Virus record (IMG/VR): IMGVR_UViG_3300036713_000084
Span: 1 to 25,363 of that record
DNA length: 25,363 nucleotides
Source of the DNA: a virus
Taxonomy: Duplodnaviria; Caudoviricetes
Strand: one strand, 5' to 3'
How positions within the stretch are numbered: the stretch's first letter is position 1; each line of letters begins with the position of its first letter. The position numbers and the translations under genes are program-made. This document shows positions 24,784 through 25,363 of this stretch, one piece after another. The notes under the pieces are model-generated. The model was given only the letters and a program-made list of their open reading frames with translations. It did not search any database and was not told the origin of the DNA.

Positions 24784-25361
24784 ACCTTGTATTTTTCTAA
24801 TTCCCCTTTTGTTTGTTTTACACGTAACCAATTTATGAAATGCTTTTCAAATTCCCGTTGCGATACGTGTTGCGTTTGTTCCAATTTTAAATGATCTGCA
24901 AATTGAACCAATAAACGACCAACCGACAATTTCTTCAACCGAAATTGCATATAAACCGTTTCAACCCATTGCGTTGTTCCCTGATCTTTGATGTTTTTTA
25001 AAAATCCGGAATGATCAACACCATTTAAAAGGTGATTATTATCTGCCTTTTTTATTGTTGGTTTAATGGTTATATGGTTAGTTATAGTGCGTTCGTGTGT
25101 GCGTTTATGTTTCTTGACATCCTGATAATCGTCGTATTTAGTAATGTTTATAACGGTTGTCCTTTGTTTCCCTTTTCCAATTGTTTTTTTAGTGATCATT
25201 TCTTCACTTTCCAACATTGAAAAAAAATTATTGACTGCTTTAACCGAACACCCAAAAATCGTTGCCCATGTACGCAAACTGTATGCACATTCCCCCCGTC
25301 TGATTGTGTATTTTGTATAACCCAAAAAGAACGTTTTGTCTTCGTAGTTGGCGGATGCCAA
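24780..25361 (-). CDS. Phage replication initiator (winged-helix N-terminus), 5'-truncated by the window edge
   Basis: IRRGE...SLRTWA..FG.S...V..F...LE.EEMI...TVINI.KYDDYQ pattern; low-complexity linker; C-terminal HFINWL; directly upstream of the helicase. Confidence 0.8.
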   Translation of the reverse strand: MASANYEDKTFFLGYTKYTIRRGECAYSLRTWATIFGCSVKAVNNFFSMLESEEMITKKTIGKGKQRTTVINITKYDDYQDVKKHKRTHERTITNHITIKPTIKKADNNHLLNGVDHSGFLKNIKDQGTTQWVETVYMQFRLKKLSVGRLLVQFADHLKLEQTQHVSQREFEKHFINWLRVKQTKGELEKYKV

Positions 25362-25363
25362 AA

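Noticed and set aside
8615-24831. Longest-ORF starts in the track for 8615-9235, 14056-14319, 15123-15374, 22657-22998 and 23929-24831
   Set aside because: Each extends into an upstream gene, promoter or terminator; downstream ATGs at 9154, 14274, 15356, 22980 and 24783 give normal spacing or coupling.
3-25220. All plus-strand ORFs in the track (e.g. 5044-5844, 10339-12780, 13610-14044)
   Set aside because: They are antisense shadows of well-supported minus-strand genes and have no recognisable motifs.
1-25363. Stop-codon reassignment, introns or inteins, tRNAs, integrase or IS elements
   Set aside because: Core genes are full length under code 11 and end in TAA, TGA or TAG; TerL, portal and capsid have normal sizes; no tRNA-like or transposase sequence was recognised.

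Overview
This window is a continuous segment of a tailed dsDNA phage or prophage with an HK97-type head and a siphovirus-type tail. The host is probably Bacteroidota (Flavobacteriia-like), judged from TAnnTTTG promoter boxes, AT-rich starts without Shine-Dalgarno sites and the protein families. Every credible gene is on the minus strand. In transcription order (right to left): replication initiator (5'-truncated), RecA/AAA-type helicase, an array of micro-ORFs joined by a 19-nt direct repeat, two hypothetical genes, TerS, TerL, portal, MuF minor head protein with a C-terminal JAB/MPN-like domain plus a small downstream gene, prohead protease, major capsid protein, a small membrane moron, head-tail connector and head closure, a ~5 kb insert (72-aa adaptor, 145-aa subunit, 1226-aa repeat/lectin-like protein, two membrane proteins), HK97-gp10, tail terminator, tail tube, tail assembly chaperones with a -1 frameshift, tape measure, tail-tip protein, a 95-aa fibre-anchor paralogue, and a tail fibre that runs off the left edge and is missing from the ORF track. 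The most interesting candidates are (1) the putative neck appendage built on a 23-aa repeat scaffold, with a split 3:1 docking module and a terminator/antiterminator that could set subunit ratio, (2) the repeat-bounded micro-gene cassette array, (3) the MuF-JAB fusion, and (4) a 15-nt long-range complement to the tail chaperone start codon. All product calls come from motif recognition and synteny; no database searches were run.
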